A stretch of DNA of 63,107 nucleotides, counting the filler, from Gonapodya sp. JEL0774 (lineage: Eukaryota), in NCBI GenBank assembly GCA_027604505.1. It is 7 parts of 7 records of this genome, joined end to end, with 100 filler letters (N's around TTAATTAATTAA, not from the genome) between each part and the next. Parts side by side here need not be neighbours in the genome. Positions count along the whole stretch, not along the records: positions 18,153 to 27,108 come from JADIIX010000428.1; positions 27,209 to 36,125 come from JADIIX010000430.1; 5 more parts are not named here. One strand, written 5' to 3'. The notes beneath the pieces are model-generated. The model was given only the letters and a program-made list of their open reading frames with translations. It was not told the DNA's origin and made no database searches. Shown here in pieces: positions 23,386 to 36,225 of the stretch. How positions within the stretch are numbered: position 1 is the first letter of the stretch; each line of letters starts with the position of its first letter. Position numbers and translations under genes: made by a program.

Positions 23386-24571
23386 CTACCACTTTCCGAT
23401 GTTGGGCATGCTTGCCCACGGCTCCTGTGGGGGGAGGTAGGCCTTGTTTCCGTTCAAAGTGCCCGCCTGGAGAATCTCGATCGAAATGTTGTCCGGAGAG
23501 CGGACGAATGCCTAAAATTTGGACAGTTTTGCGAGAGACAGTGAAAGGCGGCGATAATCTGATCTCGTGTCGAAACGCACCATACGTCCATCACGAGGAG
23601 GACGATTGATGGTCACACCGGCGTTCATGAGCTTTTGGCAGTACTCGTAGATATTGGGGACCCTGTTCAACATCAAGAAAGGGGAGTTAGGACCGCGGCC
23701 CAAGATGATGGGGGTTCTGTAAACAAGATCCCACCACAGAAACGGCACACGAATGTCATTTGAAGGAGGCGCACGACGACTCACTCAAAGCATAAATGCC
23801 CGAAGTTTCGGCCTTCGGTGTAAACTTCGGCTTCTGGGTCGGGGTCTGAAGAGCAGTAATGCAAGGTAGGTTCAGCATGTTCCCCAAAACAGTACGCCAT
23901 ATCCTACGCTCAGCTCACAGTTGTATGTCAGCTCGATTTGAACGTCCTCCTGTCCTTCGGCTGCATACGCGAGAGGAAAGGAGCGTGTTTTATAAAGTGT
24001 TGCAGACGCTCTAGAACAGTTCGCGTTCGTGATCGACAAAGCTTACGAGCAAGGAAAAGAAGGTCAAACTTGTATTGAGGGCTGGATTATGTTCGGATGT
24101 GCCATGAGTGTATGCTTCTGGTGTACTTCAACAAGCAAGGAACGCACTTCTTGACTTCACGAATAAGCTTCAAGCCAATCTTGTTGACATAGAAATCTTT
24201 TCGGAATCTGAGATCATGATGGCGATCACTCAAAGAGCGGAGTTTCATAAATACCAAGAGATTTCTCCTTGTCAGCAACACGGACCACTTTATGCGGATT
24301 GGAATGTCGTAATGCAGGGTGGAAAGCATCAGCCGACACAAAAGAGAGTGAGATCAGTCAGTACCACATCTCTAATCCTTTCGAAGTGGGCTGTGTGTCC
24401 CTATTCACTAGTGTGGAGAAAGCGGATCTTCGGAGTCTCGCTGGACATTTCGATTTCGGGAGCTTTTAGACTGGAGGCAGGAGCAGAAGTAGAAACGGAC
24501 GCTGTGAGACTTTGCGTGAGCGGTGATGGCGCAGGTCTCAAGTGAGAGAGCAGTGAACGAGTTCGGAGCAT
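23386..24571 (-). CDS. gloA: Glyoxalase I (lactoylglutathione lyase), single-domain proteobacterial type, with N-terminal presequence; many introns
   Basis: [67 protein letters not shown]...[16 protein letters not shown]. Confidence 0.9.
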
Positions 24572-25361
24572 GTGGACTTCATGGGCCTGCACATTAGGTG
24601 CAGTTCAGTATACTCCTCAAGAGCACCACATTGCAGCTTACGTGTAACGAGGATGCCTGAACTCTCCATCGCAGTTGTGGCGTTGGCTCTTAGCCTCTTC
24701 CCGTTCCTCGCTGATAGGCCCGGAGCGCTTTGTTGGTGTGGCCCGAGCGACTCGAGTGCCACTTGAATGCCAGCCGGGTAATGCTAAGTCAACCTTACTT
24801 CTCCCGACGTGCCAACTGTTACAGAGCACGGTTTGAAGTCGTGGGCGAAGGGGTTGGAGAGTGATGACGGCTGGAACCCGAATCTACTGAGCTGCACATG
24901 CGGTTCCAAATGACACTCACAGAGAGGACATTGGGAAGTTAGTGGGACATTAGTGCGACCTTGGAGGCGAGTAGAGAGCAGCAAGACGTCTATTTGGGGT
25001 GTGCCATGGCGAGCGGCGTCCCGTCGCGAACCCTGGAAACGTTTCCTCAGTCTGTGATTAAAGAACGGCTAAAGGCTCGCCAGTATACGTGTACGTAGAG
25101 ACATAAGCTAATACAGAGTGACTTTGCATCATGGTACGAGATTCTCTGGCATCACTATCCTCATAGATGTCACTGCACCTGAACCTTATGTAGCCTTCCA
25201 CCGGCGTTTACCGGAGTCTCTCTCGACTTGTTCACTCATATAATCGCATTTCCAAAAAAATTCAAGCCAGCCGCTCGAAGCTCCGAATGGAGTTTTTCGT
25301 TTTGGAAGATATGGTGGGTGAACATGTCGGAGTCTTGCTCGAAACACTCCTCCGATTATAA

Positions 25362-27108
25362 ATGTCCAGTCATGCTCTGCATGAGGGATACAGAGACTTC
25401 GAAGAATCTTGGACCTCCGATGCTACGTCCACCGGAGCTTTTCACATGCAACCACTTGCTAATGCTCTGAACTCTCCTTCGTCGACTTCACCTTCCACCA
25501 CGAACCCCGGCGGGCCCGTGGATTCCCGAGGGGTCCGGATCGCTCCATCCATCACAACTGACTTGCAAAGAGCGCATTATAGCAGACAGAGTGGGCCGCT
25601 GGATCAGCAGTACGGTGGGTTGAGGTTTCAAGCAGGACTTCTTGTTGCACATCCTTTGAGGAACAGTAGAGTGTTCTCGGACGTTTTGGTCGGAAACTTG
25701 TCTTTCAAGCGATTACAGAACATGATGCGTACGACGGGAAGGCATGCGACATTCTTCGGTGCGGCCCTCTTTCCACATACCACGTCATCCGATTCTGAAA
25801 CTTATCATTCGACGATGTCTATTCCTTTCTTTTTGCTCAAACTAGAGTGCTCCTCGCACTCTGGCCATGACGCTGCGGGGCGAGCTGAATCACTAACTAC
25901 ATCTGTTCAGCCCCGCCGTACACCGATCCCTCCTATCAATACTATCCATCCTCTACCACCTATAATCCATATGCCGTGTCTCCTGCGAACCCATACGAGG
26001 GGTTCCCGACCGGAGATCCTGCCTACTTCGGACAGCTGTCGGGATATTCCTCTCCTTACGCAGTGCCCGCTGCAACTATGGGTGATCCATATGGATACTC
26101 ACAATACCCGGCTGAAGACGGGATATACGTGACTGGATACACCGCTCTCACTGCATCACCCCAATATGTCAATACGGATGCACACGAGTTCGTGCCGACT
26201 GCACTGCCCGCCACAACTCACAATTATCGACCTACTCGGCCTACACATGCAGGAGATCCGGGTAGTGCCAGTACATTCAGGGGAAGAGGAAGTTCTGGTT
26301 GGCAGACGTGGAGGCCACACAACCGGCATGCCGCTCCACCGCAACAATCGTCCTCTGCTGGCACTGCCGGGTCCAATACGTCGGGCTCAAATGTCCATCT
26401 GGGAACTGGAGTTGGTATTCGTGGACGGGGTTTCGCAATGCAAGGAGCTCGACCTCCAGCCTTGGGTTCAAGATTTTCATCCGGTGAAATCACACCGCGT
26501 CACGATTTTACCAAGCATCACTCTCTTCCTCCCAAACCCTCATCAACATCGATGATCCAAGGGAATCCGCCGAATGCAACTTCTTCTTCGGAACCGGATC
26601 AAAGCTCGCACATTTGGGTACCAGAAGGCATAGACGACGAATCAACTATCTCCCCTACTCGCGCAGTCGATCTGGATCCCACGCTGCTTGCCGCTTGGAG
26701 TGCTGCGTGGGCGAATCCTCAGCAAACATCATCCGAGTCACCTCCCGAACGGTCAGACACCCCTCGTCTCACTGCCCGTCTCCTCGAACGTTGCTTCTTA
26801 TACCTCAAACCTGCAGAAATATACCCCTTGAGACTGGTGTCACCGACGTACCACGCTGCTTCTCGTAGAGCCTTTATTCGACTCCAGTACACAACGGAAG
26901 AACTCAAGTGTTCGTCCACACTGTGGTGACACTCACTGAGCAAGGCTACTTGAAGACGTTGGTTCATATCGGGGGCGTTCTTCGTGCCGCTTTGGCTCTC
27001 GAGTCGGAGATCCCAAAAGACGAAGCTGCCGGGATCCTACCGACAGTCACTGCGGACGTCATCCTGCAGCTGCGTCCCGCATTCCGCATATCGTCGTGGA
27101 CGAATCTT
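25362..27108 (+). CDS. Hypothetical protein with low-complexity N-terminus and F-box-like motif (3'-truncated)
   Basis: Long overlapping ORFs. RLTARLLERCFLYLKPAEIYPLRLVSPTYHAAS is F-box-like. Confidence 0.5.
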
Positions 27109-27208
27109 NNNNNNNNNNNNNNNNNNNNNNNNNNNNNNNNNNNNNNNNNNNNTTAATTAATTAANNNNNNNNNNNNNNNNNNNNNNNNNNNNNNNNNNNN
27201 NNNNNNNN

Positions 27209-30200
27209 TCGCTGCTAAAAGACCGTGCTTTGTAATGGAACAAGCGTACCTTTGTTGTAATGGCAATGGATATGAACTGGGTTGTGCCACCGGAGATCGA
27301 AAAGGACTGTATTGCGAGCGGAGTCGAGGCAAGTCCTTGCAGACCTTGTAGCATGAGGGTTGACTGGAATGGCACGTTGCTTAGTGTTACATCGCCTTTC
27401 AGCGGAATTATTGAGGTAAAAAATTCAGGCCATTTGACTGAAGACAAAGTGAATGCTCCCACCTCCCGCAACGCTCGTTACCGCGTCAGCTGAAACAGAT
27501 ATCGGAATTCCAACGGATCCGGTACCAACAAATAAGGATCTCATTAGGTCAGCGAAGCCACTTTGCTGAGCCTTCACGTTGACCAACGAATCAAGGGTTA
27601 GTGGCGACAATTAATCGAATGCAGATTTTGGTAATGCTTTGTACCTGGGGCACATTCACGGTAGTGGCAACCAGGTCCAGTGTCATTGTCCCACTTGTTC
27701 CGGTAAAAGTCGAAATTGCAGAAAGGGGGCCAGTGCTTATGATTCCGACAGCATTGCTGCCTGATAACATATTGATGTTTAACTGAACCGTTTTCACAGA
27801 GATGGGAACGGAAAATGGCAGCTTTTCGATAATGTCGGAATGTGAAAGCGTTTTCAGGCGCAATCGAGCAGAAAGTATCGTATTGTGTTTGGAAGTGTAC
27901 TCACCTTCAAAGTTGTGACCATTCCGGGGCTTGAAAGCTTAGGTGCCCAAGGATTCGCAGGATCAAATGCTATCGAAAACGATGTAGTTTGAATTCCCGT
28001 GATGAGATTAGGCTTGATATTGTTGCCAGGGAGGGTGACGGGAAGGGAAACAGACGACAGTGCTGGCGCAAGAGGGGCGATCGGTGACGAATCTAATGTC
28101 CCCTGAATGACGGTGTTGGCATTATCGCCATTGACATAGGCGGTCAATAGTTGTGTTCCTGCCTGCAGGGCCGCTGGTGTCTGAGGAAAGTACCGACTGA
28201 GAACCAAAACAGGAATTAGATGCTTTGTGCTCAAGGTGACTCGCGATATTTCCTGCAGTTTCAACTCACGCAGTTGCAGTTATGGTGTTGGTTCCGATGT
28301 TTAGGACCATGTTTGGGATGGTCACAGTCCCCACCACCTGCCCGTTGTAGAGCAGCTCAAGAACAACATCGGAATTGAGCGCCAGTTTGACATTGCTAGG
28401 ATTTGTAAGCTGAAAAATAAGTCAGGCGGACTGATCGCAATGCGATCAACTGGCAAGTGACTTACAACTGTGTTGATCGTCATGTCAATGTACGAATTTG
28501 TTCCGCCAACAATAATCAGCGATTGTATAGTCGGAGCGGTGGCAGACAGGGCTTGAAGACCCCGAATAGGAAGACTGTTGGAGAATGGCAGTTTGGCGAT
28601 GGTGATGTTTCCTGCACAAATGGTCACGTCCTAATGAGTGTCCTCGAGCATTATGGTTGATTGCGCTTACCGGCTGCAGTCGATGCAGTAGCGTCAGAAA
28701 GAACAAGGACTGGAACCGGCACAGAGCCGGACCCTACGAAGATCGTTTTCATGAGAGCAGCAAAGGCGCTTCGCTGATCCTAGACACCGGAAAGGTTGTC
28801 AAAATCCGAGGTGAGCACGATTCGTTCATGGGTACCTCTAATCACGCAGAGACTTACGTACCTGCGGGACCACCACCTTTCCTTGGTTCAAGTCCACCTT
28901 CATCGTTCCTGTTGTACCATTAAATGTCGAGACGGCTGGAATCCATCCTGTCCCTATAGTGGCGATCGTGACGTCGCTGCTTTGGTTTGCGAGCATGTTG
29001 ATAGTCATCTGCACCGTGCTGATGCTTAGGGGGAATGAGAACGGCATCTGCATGCATATCATGACACAGAAGACGACAAGCATAAGTCTCCTTGGAATTG
29101 TACGGAAGCAAACAAAGAGCGTCCTCACAAACCTGCAAGTGCGCTACTATGCCGGGACTGGACATACTGGGCGACCACGGATTCGCAGGATCGAATGAAA
29201 TCGCAAACGTTGTGAGGTCGATTCCGGTAATAACTTGGACTTTATTCTTCGCTGGCAACGTGACGTCGAAAGGAAGTCCAACAAAAGCCTATCCATTTGA
29301 GTCACCGGTTTCAAAAACAACCAAAGGAACAACAACGAGCACTCGCCCACCTGCCGCAGCCATGAGATTGGCAGCTTTGTTGCGTTGGAAGGACGGACGT
29401 CCGTACCTATCACTGTCAAGCTTGATGCTGCACAAATACGACGGCAATTGGGTTGCAAAATATGTCTCGAAAGCCGCACCGCAAAGCTGGAAGACTCACA
29501 TTGGCCGGCCAAGAAAAAGGTAAACATTTGAGTCAGGAGGTTTTGCTGAAGGGCAGAAGTAACGGGAATAATGCTACCGTTCATAGCGAGAGTGTTATCC
29601 CCTGTTCGGATGTATGTGTTCTTGGAAGTGGAGGTGCCGACGGTGCTCCCGTTCAGAGTTACATTGAAAGTCATGTCCCCCATTTCGACTCCAATGGGAC
29701 TCGGATTCACGAGATTGGCACGAATGTTGAGGGTGATTCCATTGGCGTCACTTGTGGGGAGATCAAACGAGAGGATCGTGACATTCTTCAGACCATTGAA
29801 CCCTGGAATCAAGGGAGAGGCGTTGACTCTCCATATCTCATTCAAGAAATGGGTAAACACAGACCTTTGAGTGTCACAACTTTGTCGAGAATCAAGTTGT
29901 TGAACGTCAGTCCGAGTGCTGTCGCAGAGACCGCTCCTTGGAGCCTCCAATCAAAGCTTTCGGTAATCAGCATCTGCTTTGTGAAGGCCGCAAATGCTTC
30001 AGCATCCACAATTTTTGCGTCCGCCGTGCTGTTGATGGTGGCTCTGGCGTATTTTCATATCAGTATGCAGTACTTGGAAACGAACGGTTTAACATGACGG
30101 AGGCTTCTCACCCTCCGCTTGGTGTGGCATCAAGAGGATCCAGTGGGAGAGCAACTGCCGATTCGCAAACATTAACTCATGCAGAAAACCTAACAGAACC

Positions 30201-30937
30201 TTCCAATGTGCCGAACCTATCGTTTGACCTTGGTATGAGACCAGTACTGGATCGGGAATGACAATGCGAGCAGGAAGGAAACCCGTGTTCTCGACCTTTC
30301 CCACAACGTGAATTGTGAATCCATCCTCCCGGGGATTCTGCGATGAAATCAGGGTAGGCCCCCTAAAGAGTCAGCAAACATTCTGTCTGACAGACTGTGC
30401 CCAAACGCCGAAATACCAACCATTATATCTGCCGAGATAAACTGAAGTGTGGAGCCGCTGATAAGCGACTGTGCGATTTTCGGGGCTGAGCAAGTGCGAC
30501 AAGTGTCATATTGTCAATTTTTCGCGTCAACTGATGCACATCAGTGGGAGACAAGCAGGCGAACACTCACCGATGACCAGAATCGCCACTGGTACCAAAA
30601 TTGCCGTCAAAATTATTCCCACTACAAGACATCCTAGCGCGTATCGTCGTGCTCTAGTGGCGATCAACCAATGTCGCGCAGATTTAGGCTCGACCACATG
30701 ATCTGTCGCCAGGTCCTTTCCCGAATCGTAACGAAGAGAAACGGCGCGAGAATAGGAATCCCTGCCAAGACCTGCTGCTGAATCTACCATTGGTGATAAC
30801 GACTCGCCATCACCCGGTATCGTCGCTCGGTCCAACGCGAACTCGGCTTCAATCATCCCCGTGATGTAAGCACTTTCTGGCTCTTTGATCTTGGAGATGG
30901 ATTCCATTTCAGGTCTTTCAGATGGTGGATCAGTCAT
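27209..30937 (-). CDS. Membrane-anchored protein with tandem DUF3712-like beta repeats (3'-truncated)
   Basis: N-terminal TM (ALGCLVVGIILTAILVPVAILVI). GFNGLKNVTILSFDLP...NPSPIGVEMGDMTFNV. Repeated FAISFDPANPWSP / LPFSxPISI units. Confidence 0.75.
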
Positions 30938-31490
30938 GTGGAGCGTTCAGTAATGTTCTTTCGAAATGGTATGTATCGAAAGACAGACATGAGAAAGTGG
31001 AGGAGCAGGTGCGGTCGGCAGGTCCTTGTCCCCTGAACCGCAAGAGCGCCACCCCCCTGTCACCCACCCAGGGATTGGGAGACTCCTTTCACTGACGACA
31101 CGACATGCTGCAAATCTTCTCGAGCAAAGTCCGTACTACTTACAATGCGGGTTTTCGAAATCTTTCCGCCGTGCCTCCGCCGCGTGGATTTCCCAGGAAC
31201 TGTGATCGGACTGCGTGTACCACGATCTATTTCTGATGGATTCTGTTCCAAAGCGCGCTTGTGCGGCTAATGGATCAGGGCACATAACTCATGCGAAGGT
31301 ATGTACCACACAGAATGGGACCAGCCGCCCAAGATCTGCTCCAATTTTGGAGACATATGAAGGCTTTATCCCGTGCGAGTAATACGTCTAGTTTGTCAAG
31401 TAATTGGGTATTTGTGATATACAAAGGTAGATCGGCTCAGGCTTGTGACGCCTCCATTCAACCCCAGTCACCGACACCCCGACAACTCTG

Positions 31491-32673
31491 TCACATGAAG
31501 TCGTCATAAATATCATCTCGCCCCGCACCAGGCCCCGCAGCGGGGGTGTTTCGAATGTCCGCGTACATGTCCGCATCGCCAGCGTTTAACTTCTTGAGGG
31601 GTCCTAACATGTTATCCGCAAAAGCAAGAAAATGCGGTTAGTAAGCTTCTCAGCTGCATTGCCCAATTTCGAACACGAACCCTTCTTTTTCGCTGGCGCC
31701 TGTTTCTGCTTCACGCGCTCGTTCAGATATTGTGTGATGTGACCCTGGATTTTGCGGAGATCTGCCGGCTCTTCCAACGAAGAGCAGAGATCACGAACAA
31801 GCGACTCGACGAACGAGGGATAGTGGGTAGATTTCTGGATCAGAGCAGAGGGAGCATGTCAGATGATGACAATCCGCTGTTATTTATCTGTGAAGCCCCC
31901 GTTTATCCCAGAACGAAACATTGAAACAGAGACTTGCGACCCCGAATTATCAGAATCGCAGACATCCTCGTGACTTGGGGTGACGTTCAACTGCTTCGGC
32001 GAGCACCAACTTGAATTGTGGAACGGCACTTTGTCCCTGAATACCATTATGCTCACGGAGTTGGAGAATGCTGACCTCGAATTTGTTCAACTCAGCAACC
32101 AATTCCTTCCCCAGCTTGTTGAACTCCTCCTTGGTCTTGGGGTTTGCTCCCCCGAATGCGAATCCTCCCGCTGTGGCTCCGTTCGCTTTTGCTTCTACCG
32201 GCTTTGGTAGGCCTGCAAACAAGTCTTGTGTGTTTTTGAAGTCCGCTTGCTCCTGTAACTCCCGTTCCCGTTGTTTTCTGTCCGACGGTGTAAGAGAAGC
32301 CAGCTCGTCTTCCTCATCTCCTTTGTCTTCGGCACCGGCAGCTGATGCGAGGTCAAATTTCTCATACTTTGTCTTTGGCGCTTTCTTTTTCGACGGTGCA
32401 GGAGCAGGCGGTTTTGTCACCGAAGGTTTCGATTCACTCGGTTTTGGCGCTGCCGGTTTCTCCTCAGCGAGCTGCTCCCAGTCATCGGCAGCGGCAGATT
32501 CATCTTCCTCCTCGTCGTCCCATTTGCTCTTCTTCTTCGGAAGAACGCTCGGAGCCTTCGCACTGGGAACCTCGAAATCTTCGTCGTCTGCAAGGCCAGA
32601 GGAGCTGCGTGAGTTTTATTACCGTGCAGATATGAAATCAGTTGATGAAGCGTGATAAAGCACCCCAAGACAT
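31491..32673 (-). CDS. HCR1: Translation initiation factor eIF3 subunit J
   Basis: MSW|DDEDFEV...KWDDEEED...DDWE, LQEQADFKNTQDLF, NPKTKEEF, C-terminal YDDFM*. Confidence 0.9.
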
Positions 32674-32838
32674 ATCCGTGGATCTCGGCGAGAGAGCGGT
32701 CAGACTGAAAGGTGAAGAAAGAGCAGGAAGGGAACTGGCCGCAGCAAGCTCTGCGACATGTCAACATTTCAACCGAAACGACGCTTGAAATTATGTGTGC
32801 AAAATAAAATTAAATACTAAGTTTTATTCTCGGCTCAC

Positions 32839-35322
32839 TCAACGGGTGTCCCATCCGACCCTACTCTCCCGTCTTTCCATGGCAGCACTTGCTGCTGCTA
32901 GCCCTCGTGTATCATCCAGCTTGGACAAAATCTGCCCTTCATAGCCTGGTGTAAAGTATCGAACGATTTCCTCTGGAAAGCATGAATTGCATTCGCTGAT
33001 CGCTTCTGCTAGACTCTGTCTCTCCGCCTGGTTTCGACTCTCAGTATTGAACGTCGTGGGAACAATGGGGTCCTGTGTTGACTCTGCTATACTACAGAGA
33101 AGGCTTTGTGCCGCTTCCAGAGCCCCGCTTGATGCCACTTCCCGCCTTGCTGCAGGATCCTTGAGGAGGATTTTGGCGAGCTGGTGGTACACGGGGCCCA
33201 GTATGGAGGGCGGATAGATCGACTGAGTACCTGGTGTAGACAGAGCGGAGATGGGCGGGCCAGTCCTGATGTTCTTAGAAGGGAGAACGAGCGGGAGAAT
33301 TGACGGCAAGTGCAGTGTTTTGGAAAGAAGCAGAAGCAGTGCCGATTTGACCTGGGCGATGGGAATTCAAGCTCAGCTCGGATGTTCGTCCGACGAGGAC
33401 ATTCCTGAAGAATACCTACTTTCGCAAGCGCCTCAGTTCCAATTGAGCCATCCTTCCCATCCCACCTCGCTACCACTTCTGCCATCTTCCCCACTCCCCC
33501 AGCTACTCCCACCATCCTCGCATGCTCCGTAGAATGTCTCCCCATCTGCGCCAAGCACCAAGCTGCGGCTCCCACCACGCGGGGATCCTCTGTCGCACCA
33601 GCATCAAGACATTCAACCAGAGGAGGACATGCGAGGGAAGTGATTGCGGCGAGGGCAAGTGTTTCGGATGACGAGGCAATATGGGAGAGAGCAAGAACAC
33701 CTAGCATAAAGAGGGAATCATTGTTGTCTGAACCGAAAATGATGGCAACAACTGAGTTACCCCAAACTCACCAGGAAGCTTTGCAACACCCTTGCCTCGA
33801 GTAACATGATCGACCAAGGGAGCAAGCGCTCCCAGATTTACCGCCAACTGGGAAAGCTGGGTAATGAAAAAAAGGAAACAGTGTGTGGTTGAGGCCACTG
33901 CACGTGATGAATGTAGGACGCTCCAAACCCACCTCCGCCGAGTGCTTCACAACTCCCTGAATCACCTCCACAGCTCTTTTTCTCACCACCTCCTCGGGAT
34001 CTCCTGCGCACTTCACCGCTCCCTCAAGCGCGCCTGCATCTGCCACGGCCTCAGCGAGATCTATCGTATGGGAAGCAATCCGAGCAAGTGTGCTGAGAGA
34101 GGCTCGGCGTAGGAGTGAGGAAGGGTGTTGAAGGAACGACAGGAGGGATTGCAGACAGTTTTGAGTGAGGAGAGCGTGGGCAAGCTTCAAACATTCCAAA
34201 TTGAAGTTACGGAGAAGTCGACCAAAACCAACATAGCAGGAGCAAGCTTACTGCCGGCGAATGTCCCGCTATTTCGCTCATCGCTTGCACGGCTGCGCGG
34301 CGGAGGGAGAGCTCAGGTTCATCGGAACATGCTACTAGGAGAGGCAAAGCACCGAGGGAAACGAGTAATGACGCTAAATCTGCTCAAAAAAGAGAGTCAG
34401 CCGCGATGAACGGAACACGGACGGCGAAACTATGTGAGATCACCTGTTCCGTGACTGCCGACAGCAGCTACAGCCCAAGCTGCTGCCTCCTTGACCTGCG
34501 GATCGGGGTCTCCCAGGCAAGAAACAAATGAAGGAAATGCGTTAGCATCAGCAATGGCTTGGGCGAGCTGCGCAGCATGGAGGGTGATATGACGTATAGC
34601 GAGCAACGAGAGTCTTTTGAGGTAACGCTTAGCGCAAAGTGGTTGGAACGTGAGCAAGAATAAGGTAAAAGAGGAAGAGGCACGTCTAGATGTCAGTTTC
34701 CGCAAGTTTGACAGAAGACCAAGTCTCCGCCGACGATTTCATTAGCGATACATGTTTGTGGTTCATTGGTTTCGTCTCTGCAGAATATACCAACATTGCC
34801 AATCTCCAGACAGCGCACTAAGGTACCCGCAATACCCTCTGCAACCATCATTCGAGCTGCGGTTTCACTGTGATCTGCGAGTCTTCCCAGTGACAAGATA
34901 GCCGCCTGCTGAACCTGAGGAACATCATCATCAAGTAATGGTTTGAGCAATCGGACCGCTCCTGAGCTGCACAGAACATCAGCATTCTCTTCACGTAGAG
35001 AGAGCTCGGCGATTGACTGCACAAATGCGAGCCTCTCTCGTCGAAACCGGTCCAGAACTGTTGCTATTGTCTTCGCGTTCGAGGCCCCGGACATTGCCGT
35101 TACGTTTGGCGATCCTGACGAGGACTTCGTGCTCCATCGTGGTGCAGGAGCTGAAGAGGAAGAGAAGGCTAATTGTGCCCCATTCGCAGGCACTGCAGTA
35201 GAGTTTGCTGGTCCGTCAACTTGGACGTTCTTCAACCGCGTCGCAGGAGTCGAGCTTCTGGGGCGCGCCGAGCTTGCGCTGCGATGACTTCGTGAGGGTG
35301 GTGCGGTGGAAGGACGATTCAT
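32839..35322 (-). CDS. SPAG6: SPAG6/PF16 armadillo-repeat central-pair protein
   Basis: ERLAFVQSIAELS...LLKPLLDDDVPQVQQAAILSLGRLA; DPDPQVKEAAAWA; AAAWCLAQMGRHSTEHA; PEEIVRYFTPGY. All parallel SPAG6/PF16. Confidence 0.88.
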
Positions 35323-35462
35323 TTTTGTAGGTTTATTATTCTCAGGTTTGTGAAAAGACTATCGGACACCATATGTTTCAACAGTTGAAAACCAGACTTT
35401 CAACATCGTCTTTGTAGCTCCTCACTTCGCCGACGAGATTAACAAGAGAGAGCATCCCACCA

Positions 35463-36125
35463 ATGAATGGTACACGAACGAGACCGTCGTCGTCGGGCTC
35501 ATCAACCAAACGCCCTTCCAGTGTGAATATGCAAATGGCCGGCGCGAAAATGAAGGGGAAGCCATCGTCTGGCAAGAAAGGTCCGAAAGATGAAAATGAA
35601 GTGAGCAATTTGACCCTTTGAGCTTAACGAACTACTTCAATCAATCGTCGGGCACATCTTGGGATCAAACGTCCTTGAAGACCGACCACCTACCACCGAG
35701 CCTTGCTGGAACTGGATTCCTAACATGGTGGTTTCTGAAAGAAGACGATTTCGAGGAGCTAGAAGCCCTGCATGATGCTGAACAACTGGGAGAGGCTATC
35801 GCGGGACTGGCGGGTTGTCCATTGGTGAGTTGTACGTTCATCGAACAGCTTTACATATTCATGAGAAATGAATTCTGTCCTCTCCAAACAATAAGTGGAA
35901 GGAGGACGCACGCTCTAATGTGACCGTCTCTATATTACTTAATGCCTTTCTGTGGGCGAGAGATTCCAGCTTCAATCCAGCCCAAACATCGACTCTTTGC
36001 TCTATATTGAAGTTTATACTCGACGCTGCTGTCGCCAAAGGGCTGCCTGCCGATGACGCTCTTGCAGCTACTCGTAAAATGCTGCTATCTCATTCAGGCC
36101 TGGGGCCAATGCTGGTGGATAAGCC
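35463..36125 (+). CDS. CLAMP/C1a-32 (CFAP119/C8orf74-like) flagellar protein, 5' part
   Basis: GFLTWWFL...; AFLWARDSSFNPAQTSTLCSILKFIL...RKMLLSHS resembles the CLAMP-domain pattern (FA...F...Q.S....I). Truncated at the linker. Confidence 0.55.
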
Positions 36126-36225
36126 NNNNNNNNNNNNNNNNNNNNNNNNNNNNNNNNNNNNNNNNNNNNTTAATTAATTAANNNNNNNNNNNNNNNNNNN
36201 NNNNNNNNNNNNNNNNNNNNNNNNN

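Noticed and set aside
31520..31570. GTTTCGAATG T-loop-like sequence suggesting a tRNA
   Set aside because: No cloverleaf; it is the antisense of the last eIF3j coding exon.
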